Assembly: GCA_041393275.1 (NCBI GenBank)
Contig: JAWKKL010000002.1
Location: forward strand, 13,817 to 77,816
From: Bacteroidales bacterium
Lineage (GTDB): Bacteria > Bacteroidota > Bacteroidia > Bacteroidales > JAADJA01
Direction of reading: 5' to 3'
Length of the DNA stretch: 64,000 nt
In this document: positions 50,865 to 62,138 of the stretch, one piece after another
How positions within the stretch are numbered: position 1 is the first letter of the stretch
Layout of the letters: each line of letters opens with the position of its first letter
Notes under the pieces: generated by a model
Database searches by the model: none
Told to the model about the DNA's origin: nothing
The model's input: the letters and a program-made list of their open reading frames with translations, nothing else
Position numbers and translations under genes: made by a program

Positions 50865-51056
50865 TTATGCCAGTCTTACTTCAACAGCATTAAGGCCTTT
50901 TTTGCCCTCTTTAAGTTCAAAAGTAACTTCATCATTTTCCTGAACTTTATCAATAAGTCCGGAAATATGTACAAAGTATTCCTTTTTTGTGTCATTGTCA
51001 ACAATGAATCCATACCCTTTGGATTCATTAAAAAATTTCACTGTTCCGTTTTTCAT
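50865..51056 (-). CDS. Cold-shock domain protein
   Basis: From the internal Met: MKNGTVKFFNESKGYGFI...FVHISG (RNP1/RNP2-like). The upstream 13 codons of the tracked ORF are unlikely to be translated. Confidence 0.9.
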   Translation of the reverse strand: MKNGTVKFFNESKGYGFIVDNDTKKEYFVHISGLIDKVQENDEVTFELKEGKKGLNAVEVRLA

Positions 51057-51163
51057 TGTAATGTAAAATAAAATTAATTGAGATGCAATTGACAAATTGG
51101 TAGCAAAAATCAGGTTTATTTACCAAATCAAAAAATTACATCGAAATAAAAAATTAACGCATG

Positions 51164-51171
51164 CAAAAATA
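51164..51171 (-). promoter_or_regulatory. Candidate -7 box (TATTTTTG) giving a ~100-nt csp 5' UTR
   Basis: Minus-strand TAnnTTTG match. Long leaders are typical of csp genes. Confidence 0.35.
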
Positions 51172-51201
51172 AATAATTTAAATTAAATCAAAACAAAATA
51201 T

Positions 51202-52392
51202 TTATAATCCCATTAAACACTCTTCTATTCGATTAAAGGTCCGTTCAATATCATTGTCAAGGCCTACCGAAAACCTAACTAACCCTTCCGACATACCCAT
51301 CTTTTTTTGTAATTCTTCCGGGACTTCCGAAGATGTACTTTTTCCAGAACAACTAAAGAGGGTTTTAAAATATCCCAGACTTACAGCCAGGTAGCCCACG
51401 CCAGCCATTTCCATTTTCTCCATAAAAGTGTTGGCTTTTTCACTTGTTTTCATATCAATGGCAAGCATTCCTCCAAATCCAAACTTTTCATTCATTATCT
51501 TCTTCATTAAAAGATGACCTGGATTATCGGGCAATCCAGGGTAAACTACATCCAATCCGATTTCTTTAAACTTCTCTGCCAGGTACATGGCATTACAGGA
51601 ATGTTGTTTCATTCGAATATGAAGAGTATGAAGGTTTTTCAAAATCTGGGCTGATCGCAAAGGATCCAATACCGGCCCTAGCAGCATGGATGTCCCGTTA
51701 TTGACATCAATAAGCGAATCAATAAAATCAACAGAACCACAAATAGCACCTGCTACACAATCATTTTTTCCGTTAACAAACTTGGTCAGACTGTAGACTG
51801 TTATGTCTGCGCCTAACTTTGTTGGATTAATGATCATGGGTGTAAAGGTGTTATCAATCATCAGCTTGATGTTATATCTATGGGCTATTTCGGCTAAAGC
51901 CGGAATATCAGATACAACAAGCAAGGGATTTGTCAATGATTCGGTATAAATTATTTTGGTATTGGGTTTTATGGCCTGTTCAACCGAATTCAAATCAGTA
52001 ATGTCCAGAAATGATGTTTGTATGTCAAACCTGGGTAAATAATTCGAAAACAAGGCGTAAGTACCTCCATAGGTTGTGCGGCTTGAAATGATGTGATCGC
52101 CTGACTTGCAAATTTGCATAACTGCATTGCTAATAGCCGCCATACCTGACGCTGTAACCCAGGCCGCTTCAGTGCCTTCCATTGCTGCCATAGCATCAGC
52201 TAAAAATTTATTCGTTGGGTTCCAATGCCTTGAATAAAGGAAACACCCTTTGGCTTCCCCTTTGAATGTTTCCAACATGGTGTTGGCTTGCATAAATGTA
52301 TAGGTTGCCGAATCGGTAATGCTTGGGTTTACATCACCAAACTCTCCGAATTGGAGAATATCCTGAATATTACTTGCCGGATCAAATTTCAT
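51202..52392 (-). CDS. Cys/Met-metabolism PLP-dependent enzyme (methionine gamma-lyase / sulfhydrylase family)
   Basis: PLP-lysine region YSLTKFVNGKND and overall family pattern (SRHWNPT, TYGGTY). Alternative start at 52434. Confidence 0.8.
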   Translation of the reverse strand: MKFDPASNIQDILQFGEFGDVNPSITDSATYTFMQANTMLETFKGEAKGCFLYSRHWNPTNKFLADAMAAMEGTEAAWVTASGMAAISNAVMQICKSGDHIISSRTTYGGTYALFSNYLPRFDIQTSFLDITDLNSVEQAIKPNTKIIYTESLTNPLLVVSDIPALAEIAHRYNIKLMIDNTFTPMIINPTKLGADITVYSLTKFVNGKNDCVAGAICGSVDFIDSLIDVNNGTSMLLGPVLDPLRSAQILKNLHTLHIRMKQHSCNAMYLAEKFKEIGLDVVYPGLPDNPGHLLMKKIMNEKFGFGGMLAIDMKTSEKANTFMEKMEMAGVGYLAVSLGYFKTLFSCSGKSTSSEVPEELQKKMGMSEGLVRFSVGLDNDIERTFNRIEECLMGL

Positions 52393-52525
52393 AATATTGT
52401 TACTTTGAATTAATGCTTCAAAATTACAAATCAAGTTAATTATGTAAGTAAATTTTATAACAATTTAAAATATTGTAATGAAATGTTCAGTATTTTTGCA
52501 AATATGTAAATTTATAAATAAAATT

Positions 52526-53008
52526 ATGGCAAATAACTTTCACCTTGATAGTTTGGATAAAAGGATCCTTACAATTTTGTCAAAAAACGCCCGCATCCCT
52601 TTTCTTGAAGTTGCCAGAAAATGTGGTGTTTCAGGAGCGGCTATCCATCAACGGGTGCAAAAAATGGTAGAAGAAAAAGTGATCGGCGGATCACAATTTA
52701 TTATCAATCCGGTTGGAGCCGGATTTATTACCTGTGCATTTGTTGGTGTCCAGGTTAATCTTACAAAAGAGACAACCCACCAGGAAGTATTTCAACAGAT
52801 TCAGGAAATTCCTGAAATAGTAGAATGCCACCATATTACAGGCAAACATTCACTTTTACTAAAAATCCATACCCGCAACAATGAACATTTAAAACAGATT
52901 TTGGTTGAAAAAATTCAATCCATCCGCGAAATTATTAGTACAGAAACATTAATTTCGCTTGAAGAAGGGTTTACTCGTCAGTTGCCCATTGAGAATTTTA
53001 ATAAATAA
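52526..53008 (+). CDS. Lrp/AsnC family transcriptional regulator
   Basis: From MANNFHLDSLDKRILTILSKNARIPFLEVARKCGVSGAAIHQRV: an HTH followed by a RAM domain. Divergent from the PLP enzyme gene. Confidence 0.88.
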   Translation: MANNFHLDSLDKRILTILSKNARIPFLEVARKCGVSGAAIHQRVQKMVEEKVIGGSQFIINPVGAGFITCAFVGVQVNLTKETTHQEVFQQIQEIPEIVECHHITGKHSLLLKIHTRNNEHLKQILVEKIQSIREIISTETLISLEEGFTRQLPIENFNK

Positions 53009-53026
53009 TCATCTAATAAAACATAA

Positions 53027-54559
53027 ATGAAATATCTGCGGCTTCATTTTCTACTCCTGTTAATTTCTGCAGGATTCATATTTTCTTCTGTCAACGCCCA
53101 AAACGATAGGGATTACAACGAACTGAAAGAGTATCTTCAGAAAGCCAACGAGCAATTTGAGATGCCGGGTATGGCGGTGGGAATTATAAAAGATGGCCAG
53201 GTTGTTTTTAATGAAGCGTTCGGGAAGCGAAATACAAAAACCGGGGAAAAAACCAATACGGAAACCATTTTTGGGATTGCCTCATGCACGAAGGCCTTCA
53301 CCGCTGCTTGTATGGCCATTCTGGTGGATGAAGGAAAATTAGACTGGACCGACAAAGTGATTGATCATTACCCTGATTTTAAGCTTCACGATCCATACAT
53401 CACACGCGAAATGGAAGTTCAGGATTTGCTCTGCCATCGCTCAGGTTTACAAACCTTTGATGGAGATTTATTATGGTACGGTACCGATTATACCAGGAAA
53501 GAGGTTGTAGAACGTATACAATTCCGGGAAAATGCTTACAGTTTCAGGAGCCGTTTTGGTTATCAAAATGTGATGTACATTGCTGCAGGACAACTCATCG
53601 AAAAAGTATCGGGAAAATCATGGGATGAATTTATGAAAGAAAAAATATTTATTCCCCTGGGAATGAACGCCACAACAACTTCCAATGGTGGATTTAATGA
53701 AAGTATGAACCTGGCATATCCACACATTGATGGTGAGCCCATGGAATTCATTAATTACGATAATTGCGGGCCAGCCGCGTCGATCAATACATCATCGGAC
53801 GATTTGTTAAAATGGGTTGAACTGTTTTTAAATAAAGGGACCTTAAACGGACAGACAATTTTCTCTGAAAAACAATATTACAAGCTGACAAGCCTTCTTA
53901 CTCCTCTTAATCCTGGTCCAGGCGAAACCATTGGTGAAACCCATTTCTTTGGATATGGGTTAGGGTGGTTTGTCCTTGATTATGAAGGACGTAAAGTAAT
54001 TCAGCATGGTGGTGGATTGCCCGGATTTCATAGCAAGGTTGCTTTAATACCCGAGGAAAAGGTTGGATTTATTATTCTGGCAAATCAACTTTCCGGACTT
54101 GTAGAAGCAACCTATAAAAGGATTATTGACATCTATACAAAAAATGAACAAAAAGACTGGGCACAACTTTATTATGAAAATGAACAAAACCAGGAATCCA
54201 GGAATCTTAAAAAGAAGGAAGAAAAAGAAATAGCAAGAGTGAAGGGGACAACTCCTTCCCTATCGATTGAAAAATATATTGGGATGTATGAAGATAAAAT
54301 GTATGGTAAAGCAGAAATAAGCCTGAAGGAAAATCGGCTTCACATTGAATTGCTACCGTCAAACACATTATTTACGGCAGAAATGGAACATTGGCATTAT
54401 GATACTTTCAAGTTTCAATTCAATGACCCCTTTTTACCGGAAGGATATGCAACCTTTGTTCTCAACGGGCAGGGAAATCCTGATTACTTTACCATTGACC
54501 TCGAAAACCCTGACTTTCACTTTTTTAAATTAAAATTCGAAAAAATCAATGAAAACTAA
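53027..54559 (+). CDS. Secreted serine hydrolase (class C beta-lactamase/transpeptidase fold)
   Basis: Has a signal peptide, SxxK motif ASCTKAF, and Y-x-N (GYQNV). The extra C-terminal ~120 aa form a lipocalin-like extension. Confidence 0.85.
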   Translation: MKYLRLHFLLLLISAGFIFSSVNAQNDRDYNELKEYLQKANEQFEMPGMAVGIIKDGQVVFNEAFGKRNTKTGEKTNTETIFGIASCTKAFTAACMAILVDEGKLDWTDKVIDHYPDFKLHDPYITREMEVQDLLCHRSGLQTFDGDLLWYGTDYTRKEVVERIQFRENAYSFRSRFGYQNVMYIAAGQLIEKVSGKSWDEFMKEKIFIPLGMNATTTSNGGFNESMNLAYPHIDGEPMEFINYDNCGPAASINTSSDDLLKWVELFLNKGTLNGQTIFSEKQYYKLTSLLTPLNPGPGETIGETHFFGYGLGWFVLDYEGRKVIQHGGGLPGFHSKVALIPEEKVGFIILANQLSGLVEATYKRIIDIYTKNEQKDWAQLYYENEQNQESRNLKKKEEKEIARVKGTTPSLSIEKYIGMYEDKMYGKAEISLKENRLHIELLPSNTLFTAEMEHWHYDTFKFQFNDPFLPEGYATFVLNGQGNPDYFTIDLENPDFHFFKLKFEKINEN

Positions 54560-54632
54560 TTTTAAAATATTTCATGTACTTTAGTATGGCCATTGCTAAT
54601 AATATCTTTACTTTTATAAAAATTATAAACCC

Positions 54633-55460
54633 ATGAAAACACAAATCACATTCCTCAGCCTTATCGCAATAATGCTATTTTCTTTTTCATTAAAAGCGCA
54701 AGATGTCATAACTAAAAGGAATAACGAGGTCATCAATTGTAAAGTGAAGGAAATTGGTGTTGATGTTGTCAAGTACACCTTACCGGATTATCCGGAGGAT
54801 GTGTTGTTTAGCGTCGAAAATGATAAAATATTAAAGATTGTCTTTGAAAACGGCAAAGAAAAAATGTTTGAAATCGAAATGGAAAATCCTGAGAATTACC
54901 TTGAAAACAGGAAAAATGCAATTAAAATTGATTTTCTCTCCCCACTAACCGGAAATACTACATTCGGGTATGAGCGAAGCTTAAAACCTGGCCAAAGCTT
55001 TGAAGCAGCCCTGGGTATCATTGGCCTTGGCTCTGATCCGAACGATGTAAATCCTACCGGATTTTTCGTTAAATTTGGCTATAAATTTATTAAAAGCCCG
55101 GATTTTTACATGCGGGGCATGCGATACGCCCATATACTTAAAGGAGGGTATATAAAGCCCGAAATTATCATTGGTAATTATTCCAAAGATTTTGATTATT
55201 ATGACTATTCCGGTTATCCATATTATAACTCTACCTATTCCTCCGAAAGAAAAAATATTACATCCGGCGGTATTATGCTAAACCTGGGCAAGCAATGGGT
55301 TTACAGCAACGCATTTCTGGTTGATTTTTACGTTGGCGTAGGGTATGGTTTTGATTCCGATGATTATGAAGACAATTACCATTATGGTTTTGTCACGGTG
55401 GCAGAAGATGTTCCACTGGCCTTTACTGCCGGCTTGAAAATCGGATTTTTATTTAAATAG
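54633..55460 (+). CDS. Putative outer-membrane beta-barrel protein, unknown function
   Basis: Has a signal peptide (..SFSLKAQ), alternating aromatic/Gly-rich strands, and a C-terminal GLKIGFLFK. Confidence 0.55.
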   Translation: MKTQITFLSLIAIMLFSFSLKAQDVITKRNNEVINCKVKEIGVDVVKYTLPDYPEDVLFSVENDKILKIVFENGKEKMFEIEMENPENYLENRKNAIKIDFLSPLTGNTTFGYERSLKPGQSFEAALGIIGLGSDPNDVNPTGFFVKFGYKFIKSPDFYMRGMRYAHILKGGYIKPEIIIGNYSKDFDYYDYSGYPYYNSTYSSERKNITSGGIMLNLGKQWVYSNAFLVDFYVGVGYGFDSDDYEDNYHYGFVTVAEDVPLAFTAGLKIGFLFK

Positions 55461-55483
55461 TGAAATGAAATAAACTATCTGAG

Positions 55484-55508
55484 AGAGGGCCTGGCCCTCT
55501 TTTTTTTA
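55484..55508 (+). terminator. Intrinsic terminator
   Basis: AGAGGGC CUG GCCCUCU followed by U9. Confidence 0.75.
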
Positions 55509-56281
55509 TGTCCGCAAATAGGAGGCTCCATTGATATCAATGATACAACCCGTCATATATTCGGTGCCTTCAGCAGCCAGAAATAAAACAGCATTAGCAA
55601 TTTCTTCCGGCTTTGCTACCCTGTTTAATGGGCTTTGACTTTTTAACTCAGCCGAGCGTTCGCCATGCACCGCAAAAGCGGCCATATCCGTATCCACAAA
55701 CCCGGGGGCTATGGTATAAACAAAAATATTATGGCTGGCAAAGGCTTTCGCAAATGATTGGCTAAAGGAATTCAATCCGGCTTTGCTGGCACCGTAGGCC
55801 GGGGCATTGGGTTCGCCTCGAAAAGCTCCCCGCGAAGAAATGTTGATGATTTTACAGCCACCCTTGTTTTTCATTTCTTTGGCAACTAAAAACGATAAAT
55901 TGGCAACTCCCGTCAGGTTTGTTTCTATGGTTTTTTTCCAGCTTGCTTGCCATTTTTTGTAATCCAGGTCAAGGACTTCAAACTCTTCATAAACACCGGC
56001 ATTGTTGACCAGAATATCAATCTTTCCATAGGAATTGATACACTGGCTTCGACAAGCCAACATGTTCAGGATTTGAAATATCTGCCTGAAAAATCGAATG
56101 ATCACGAGAAGGGAGCCCTTTACCACAAATTCAGCGCTGGACACATATCATTTACATAATGAACGATGACTTTTGCCCCTGCTTCGGCAAACATAATCGC
56201 TGTAGCCCTACCAATTCCCCGGGAAGAACCTGTTACAAGGACAACCTTATCCTTGAAATTGTATTTTGTTGATTGTTTCAT
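55506..56281 (-). pseudogene. SDR-family oxidoreductase (FabG-like), frame-broken in its 5' third
   Basis: The ATG at 56281 gives MKQSTKYNFKDKVVLVTGSSRGIGRATAIMFAEAGAKVIVHY. Frames change between about 56000 and 56150 (HSIFQADISNPEHV appears in another frame). After that the sequence is intact: GKIDILVNNAG...YGASKAG... Confidence 0.8.
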
Positions 56282-56289
56282 ACGATCTT

Positions 56290-57201
56290 TTATTCAATAA
56301 TCTGAACGCCGGTATTAGAAGTAAAGGTCTTTATCACCTTTACAAAGTTCGGATTGTCAGAAAACTGTTTTTCCATAAATGCAGCAATCTCTTCCTGTTT
56401 GTCCTGTGTGCAAAAAGCAATAACTGACGAACCTCCACCACTGATCGTGCAACCATAAGCCCCCATTTCAATAGCCTGATTTTTAAGCCCCAATATCCTG
56501 AATGACTGCTCCCCTGACAGGTTCGTGAATGTAATCAACACTGATGGCTTTTCCGAACTCAACCATATCGTTTGCATAAATGGCGTGAATTACACGCGAA
56601 CAACGAGCCATTTGAGATTTTAGTTTTTCCTGCCCGATTTCGTAAGTAATGAATCCCCGTGTTGTCCGCTGACTCTTTTTTATGGCTGCCAGGACAACAG
56701 GGACATTTGGCAGGTTGAGTTTTAAAACATCAATTGGGTTGTAATCTTTCACCAGAACAAATCCACCCAAAATGGCGGCAGCCACATTATCAGCATGGGG
56801 TGACCCGCCTGAAGCGACCTCCCCCTCCGGGCAAAATCAATTAATTCGTTATTGGAAAGGCCAAGTGAAAAAAGTTTATCCAGACCAAAAATTGTGGCTC
56901 CGGCTGATGCCCCGGTAGTTCCCATTCCACCACCCGAACTCATATTTTTTATTATGTTTATATGAATGCCGGTGTTTAATTTTTTTGCATTTAATAAAGC
57001 CATGGCGGCCAAACCCGCTGTATTATCATTGGGATTAGTAGGAATGTTTTGAACATTATGATCAATCTGGATTGTAATTTGCCCAGAATCATTCAGGCTT
57101 AATTCAATTATATCATAGGGTTTTCTAAGGCAAGGCAAAAATATCGTATCCGGGACCTAAGGTTGGCACTGGTTGCAGGGCTTAATCCTGATGCTGTTCA
57201 T
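56290..57201 (-). pseudogene. thrB: Homoserine kinase (GHMP family), multiply frame-broken
   Basis: Three tracked ORF pieces plus a start MNSIRIK... are present. The GHMP motif SSGGGMGTTGASAGA, HADNV-region remnants, and C-terminal GAYGCTISGGGSSV are visible. Confidence 0.75.
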
Positions 57202-57202
57202 A

Positions 57203-58075
57203 TCAATCCCCTTTCGCCAAGGATTTTTCAAGGATTTTGGTTTTCCCTTCGCTTAAAGTTGTTAATGGATGGCGTAATGAACCATTGATTACACCCATCA
57301 ATTCAAGGGCTTTTTTCGCGGCCATAGGATTAGACTCAAATCGCAGGGCTTCAAAAAGAGGATAATATTCAATATGCAGTTCATTGGCTTCTTTTAATTT
57401 TCCCTCCAGGGCAAAGTTGATCATTTTGCCCATAACATCGGGGATTACATTACCTGAAACACTGAAGGATCCGGCACCTCCAAAGGCAACAGTTGGATAG
57501 GCCGTTGTATCTTTTCCTGTAAATACCAGAAAATCATCATCGCGGGTTAAATAAATTAGTTTAGCCAAATGGTCCAATTCCTTCTTTCCGTCTTTTGTAG
57601 CGGCAATGTTAGGATGTTTGGCCAGTTCGGCGGTCATTTCAGGGCTTAGCTCAACTCCCGTTCTACTTTTGGAACTATGCAATATTACCGGCAAAGGTGA
57701 TGCATCGGCAAGTTGGGTATAATATTCCATCAATCCGACCGCTGTTGGTAATACCAGGTAGGGTGTAAAGGCCACCACATAATCAGCACCCAAATCGGCA
57801 TACATTTTTGCCCTTTCGATGCTTTCATTTGTTCCCATCAAAACAATATCGGGTAAAACAAGTTTTTTACCCCCTGCCTCATCAACAATGATTTGAACTA
57901 CCCTTTTCACTTCTTCATTGGACATGAGGGTGTTTTCGCCGGTAACTCCCAGTGGGGCAATTCCTGCAACATCTGATTCAACCTGCATCCGCACAAGTTT
58001 TCTCAATGCTTCTTCGTCTAAAGAAAAGTCCTTCTTAAAAGGGGTAATGATCAATGTATAAGCGCCTTTTTTCAT
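57203..58075 (-). CDS. Dihydrodipicolinate synthase/N-acetylneuraminate lyase family protein
   Basis: 290 aa with TPFKKD...GIAPLGVTGE, the lysine region IAATKDG, and an aldolase class I pattern. Confidence 0.75.
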   Translation of the reverse strand: MKKGAYTLIITPFKKDFSLDEEALRKLVRMQVESDVAGIAPLGVTGENTLMSNEEVKRVVQIIVDEAGGKKLVLPDIVLMGTNESIERAKMYADLGADYVVAFTPYLVLPTAVGLMEYYTQLADASPLPVILHSSKSRTGVELSPEMTAELAKHPNIAATKDGKKELDHLAKLIYLTRDDDFLVFTGKDTTAYPTVAFGGAGSFSVSGNVIPDVMGKMINFALEGKLKEANELHIEYYPLFEALRFESNPMAAKKALELMGVINGSLRHPLTTLSEGKTKILEKSLAKGD

Positions 58076-58239
58076 AATGATTTATTTTTTTGCAAAGATG
58101 GTAATTTAGGTTTACAGAATCAACACAAAATGATTGAATTAATTGTTTTGAACATGGTAACCTCAGATTTCACTATTTATTTTAAAAAAACAGATTATAT
58201 TTGATGAATATTTAAATCACCCGAATTATATATATAACT

Positions 58240-58716
58240 ATGAAATTCAGACGCATTGTTTTGTTGCTGATAGTATGCCCGTTGGTGTTTTCATGCCAGG
58301 ATACCCACCGGCTGTTAAATGAAAACTTTGAGAAAATCATTGTTCAACTTCCGGGATTATGGAAAATTGACAATGCAGATTATTACGAAGAATGGGAAAA
58401 AGCAGAACAAATATATGAAGGGCGCAGTTATTCCATCAAAGGCAATGATACTGTTGTGCTGGAATTAATCAGAATTTATCATGAAACCGGAAATATAATT
58501 TACGAACCAACGGTATTTGGTCAAAATGATGGCAATCCTATAAAATTTGAACTTATTTCCGCAGACTCCGCCTCATTTACATTTGAAAATAAATTGCACG
58601 ATTTTCCTCAACAAATTTCATATTCGTTTTTGTCTGAAAATAAATTGGCTGCAAAAATCAGTGGAATTGTTGATGGCAAAGAAGAACAAATCTCATTTAA
58701 TTTTACAAAACAATAA
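58240..58716 (+). CDS. Lipoprotein, unknown function
   Basis: Lipobox PLVFSC, 158 aa, no recognised catalytic motif. Confidence 0.55.
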   Translation: MKFRRIVLLLIVCPLVFSCQDTHRLLNENFEKIIVQLPGLWKIDNADYYEEWEKAEQIYEGRSYSIKGNDTVVLELIRIYHETGNIIYEPTVFGQNDGNPIKFELISADSASFTFENKLHDFPQQISYSFLSENKLAAKISGIVDGKEEQISFNFTKQ

Positions 58717-58721
58717 ATTGA

Positions 58722-59777
58722 CTAAGTTTTGCTTAAATCGAGTAAAAATGCCATTGTATCAATGCCATCGGCATAATCCCAAAGTTCGGGTTTTTGAGCA
58801 GATCCAAAACCGACTACGCCCATGCTAAACGTTGCGTTTGAAACCACACATTGAATTTGTTCTTCGTCAGCTTTTAAGCGATCCTCAACTTCGTTAAAAT
58901 TATCATACTCTTCGAAAAATATTACCGAAGGGGGTGAAGAATAGCCAGCATCTTTTTTCACCATTAAAAATCCATTGTCGAGGTGTTCAATGCTATTTAC
59001 GAGGTATATGGACCGGTAATAGTCGTAATTATTTCTATATTTATGGTGCTCGCCGACGAAACTGAACTTTTCAACGGCTTTAAAGAACAAATTGAAATTG
59101 TAATTTTTGGGGACAAACAATTTAGATACATTTCTGCACCCTAAACCAAAGTACATAAAAATATCCTGGCCCAGGCCCTCCAACTCCTGTTTGGATTCAT
59201 TTCCACTCAAAACAGCCACCCCATTTCTGTTCTTCCGGATGATATGCGGATATTTTCCAAAATAATATTCAAAATACCGGGAGGTATTATTGCTTCCGGT
59301 TGCAATAACAGCATCAAATCCTTCCAGTTTTCCTTCTGTAAATTCAATAAATTCAGAAAGTCCAGGTTCAATCCTAACCAATTGCTCAGCCACGGCGGGA
59401 ATTAATTTGCTGTCGTCTGAAGATAATTTTCCTAAAAATTTATTTCCAGACAGAATTACACAAATAAAATCATGGAATCCTACTATAGGAATATTCCCGG
59501 CCATAACCACACCAATTGTTTTTGGTCTATTATTTTCAGCCATTTTTTCTTCATATGGTTCTATCCATTTCCTTATGTTATCTATTGTCAGCGAGCTGCC
59601 AATACTTTGCAAAGCGAATTCTACATTTTTTGCAATAAACCATGGGTTAAGAATGCTGGACTTATTAATGGCTTCCAAAATTTCAGGATATTCAGATACA
59701 CTGGAAATATAATTCTCCTCCTTTCGAAGGATTTTCCCTAATTTGGTAAAAGTTTGTATTAAGTTTTCTGTTTTCAT
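58722..59777 (-). CDS. LuxC-like acyl-CoA reductase family protein
   Basis: 351 aa. The N-terminal pattern (..NPWF....V..AL..I...L) and overall similarity to the Bacteroidota acyl-CoA reductase family are recalled from memory. Confidence 0.55.
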   Translation of the reverse strand: MKTENLIQTFTKLGKILRKEENYISSVSEYPEILEAINKSSILNPWFIAKNVEFALQSIGSSLTIDNIRKWIEPYEEKMAENNRPKTIGVVMAGNIPIVGFHDFICVILSGNKFLGKLSSDDSKLIPAVAEQLVRIEPGLSEFIEFTEGKLEGFDAVIATGSNNTSRYFEYYFGKYPHIIRKNRNGVAVLSGNESKQELEGLGQDIFMYFGLGCRNVSKLFVPKNYNFNLFFKAVEKFSFVGEHHKYRNNYDYYRSIYLVNSIEHLDNGFLMVKKDAGYSSPPSVIFFEEYDNFNEVEDRLKADEEQIQCVVSNATFSMGVVGFGSAQKPELWDYADGIDTMAFLLDLSKT

Positions 59778-60030
59778 TTATCGCAGCAAGAATTTACAGA
59801 ATTAAAATAGAAAAATATTTCTTCAATTTGGTTCAGCGAAATTACACCTATTTTATAAAATACAGGCATTTGTGTAAACCAGGCAATGTTTCTCATTCTG
59901 TTTTGTTTCATCGAAAAAAAAGATTTAAAAATTTATTAATGCCTTTTGTGATCCTTACTTTAGAAACTTTATAAATTAGGCACTTTTTGAAAATTATAAC
60001 TGAATTGTTATTTATTTCACAAGAATATTT

Positions 60031-60038
60031 TACTTTTG
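60031..60038 (+). promoter_or_regulatory. Candidate -7 box (TACTTTTG) for serC
   Basis: TAnnTTTG match 53 nt upstream of the serC ATG. Confidence 0.4.
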
Positions 60039-60090
60039 CTCCCTTCATGTAATACTGTAATAGAGTAGATTTAATTAAATATTAACAACT

Positions 60091-61158
60091 ATGAAGAAAC
60101 ATAATTTTTATGCCGGCCCATCAATTTTACCGGAATATACTATTGAAAACACTGCAAAAGCAATTAAAGACTTCGCCGGAACCGGTTTGAGCATCATGGA
60201 AGTTTCGCACCGAAGCAAAGAATTCATCGCTGTCATGGACGAAGCTATCGCACTTTTTAAAGAATTGCTGAACATCCCCGAAGGGTATTCGGTCATCTTC
60301 CTGGGTGGCGGGGCAAGTACTCAATTTGCCATGATCCCTTATAATTTATTGAATAAGAAAGCAGCTTACCTAAACACCGGAACCTGGGCAAAAAAAGCGA
60401 TTAAAGAGGCAAAATTATTTGGTGAAGTGGATGTGGTTGGATCGTCGGAAGAACAGCAGTACAGGTTCATTCCGAAAGGTTATACCATCCCTAAAGAGGC
60501 TGATTATTTCCATATTACTACCAACAATACCATTTATGGGACACAAATCCACAAGGATATTGATTGCCCCGTGCCACTGGTAGCCGACATGTCATCAGAC
60601 ATTTTCAGCCGGCCGGTTGATATTTCAAAATATGCGCTTATATATGGCGGTGCACAAAAAAACCTGGCTCCTGCAGGTGTTACTTTTGTTATTGTAAAAA
60701 ATGACATATTGGGCAAAGTTGATCGCATTATTCCTACTATGTTCAACTATCAAACGCATATTGAAAAAGAATCCATGTTTAATACACCTCCAGTACTGCC
60801 AATTTTTGCTGCGTTACAAACACTAAAATGGCTCAAAAACAATGGTGGAATTGCAGCAATGGAAAAGAAAAACATTGAAAAAGCGAAGTTGCTTTATGAT
60901 GAAATTGACCGGAACAAACTATTTGTCGGAACCGTGGCAAAAGAAGACAGATCGCTGATGAATATTTGTTTTATTATGAATCCTGAATACCAGGAACTTG
61001 AAAAGGAATTTGTTGATTTTGCTACCACTCGCGGAATGATTGGGATTAAAGGGCACAGGTCAGCCGGTGGATTCAGGGCTTCGACCTACAATGCACTGCC
61101 AAAAGAAAGTGTGGAAGCACTAATAGCGGTTATGAAGGAATTTGAATCAATGAAATAG
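60091..61158 (+). CDS. serC: Phosphoserine aminotransferase
   Basis: 355 aa starting [14 protein letters not shown], with SHRSKEF and the GGAQKN PLP-lysine region. Confidence 0.93.
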   Translation: MKKHNFYAGPSILPEYTIENTAKAIKDFAGTGLSIMEVSHRSKEFIAVMDEAIALFKELLNIPEGYSVIFLGGGASTQFAMIPYNLLNKKAAYLNTGTWAKKAIKEAKLFGEVDVVGSSEEQQYRFIPKGYTIPKEADYFHITTNNTIYGTQIHKDIDCPVPLVADMSSDIFSRPVDISKYALIYGGAQKNLAPAGVTFVIVKNDILGKVDRIIPTMFNYQTHIEKESMFNTPPVLPIFAALQTLKWLKNNGGIAAMEKKNIEKAKLLYDEIDRNKLFVGTVAKEDRSLMNICFIMNPEYQELEKEFVDFATTRGMIGIKGHRSAGGFRASTYNALPKESVEALIAVMKEFESMK

Positions 61159-61197
61159 AAATAAGCAGGTTGTAAACCATCTAAAATTATTTTACCC

Positions 61198-62118
61198 ATG
61201 ACTAAAGTACTTGTTGCCACTGAAAAACCATTCGCTCCTGAAGCAGTTAATGGTATCAGAAATATTTGCGAAAAAGCAGGTTATCAATTGGTTTTACTTG
61301 AAAAATATGCCGGCCCTTCGGATTTAATCAAAGCGGTGGCGGATGCAGACGCATTGATCATTCGCAGTGATAAAGCTACCCGTGAAGTTATAGATGCTGG
61401 TAAAAAATTGAGGATCATCGTCCGTGCCGGAGCTGGATACGACAATATTGACCTGAACGCTGCCACTGAACATAAGGTAGTTGCGATGAACACCCCTGGA
61501 CAAAACTCCAATGCGGTTGCAGAACTTGCTCTGGGCATGATGGTTTTTATGGCAAGGAACAAATTCAACGGAACATCAGGAACTGAACTTCGTGGAAAAA
61601 AACTTGGCATTCACGCCTTTGGCCATGTCGGCCAGTTAGTTGGCCAAATTGCTAAAGGCTTTGGTATGGAAATATATGCCTTTGATCCGTTCATCTCCGA
61701 TGAAAAAATCAAGGACCTTGGAGCAATACCTGTTTCAAGTGTAGAGAAGTTATATTCAACTTGCCAGTATATTTCTTTGCATATTCCGGCAAATGATCAA
61801 ACCAGGAAGTCAATAAATTTTGATCTTTTATCGAAAATGCCAATCGGAGCAACCCTTGTTAACACGGCAAGGAAAGAGGTTATTGATGAAGAAGGACTGA
61901 TTTCAATGTTTGAAAAAAGAGCTGATTTTATTTACCTTTCGGATATTGCCCCCGATAATAAGGAATTAATCGAAAGAAAATTTGAAGACAGGAGTTTTTT
62001 TACACCTAAAAAAATGGGCGCTCAAACGGAAGAGGCAAACATTAATGCCGGACTTGCCGCAGCTAACCAAATTGTAAATTTCCTAAAAAATGGTGATACT
62101 ACTTTTAAAGTAAATTAA
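61198..62118 (+). CDS. serA: D-3-phosphoglycerate dehydrogenase (short form, D-2-hydroxyacid dehydrogenase family)
   Basis: 306 aa with RAGAGYDNID and NTPGQNSNAVAEL motifs, adjacent to serC. Confidence 0.85.
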   Translation: MTKVLVATEKPFAPEAVNGIRNICEKAGYQLVLLEKYAGPSDLIKAVADADALIIRSDKATREVIDAGKKLRIIVRAGAGYDNIDLNAATEHKVVAMNTPGQNSNAVAELALGMMVFMARNKFNGTSGTELRGKKLGIHAFGHVGQLVGQIAKGFGMEIYAFDPFISDEKIKDLGAIPVSSVEKLYSTCQYISLHIPANDQTRKSINFDLLSKMPIGATLVNTARKEVIDEEGLISMFEKRADFIYLSDIAPDNKELIERKFEDRSFFTPKKMGAQTEEANINAGLAAANQIVNFLKNGDTTFKVN

Positions 62119-62138
62119 ACGTATTAAAGCTTACAATC

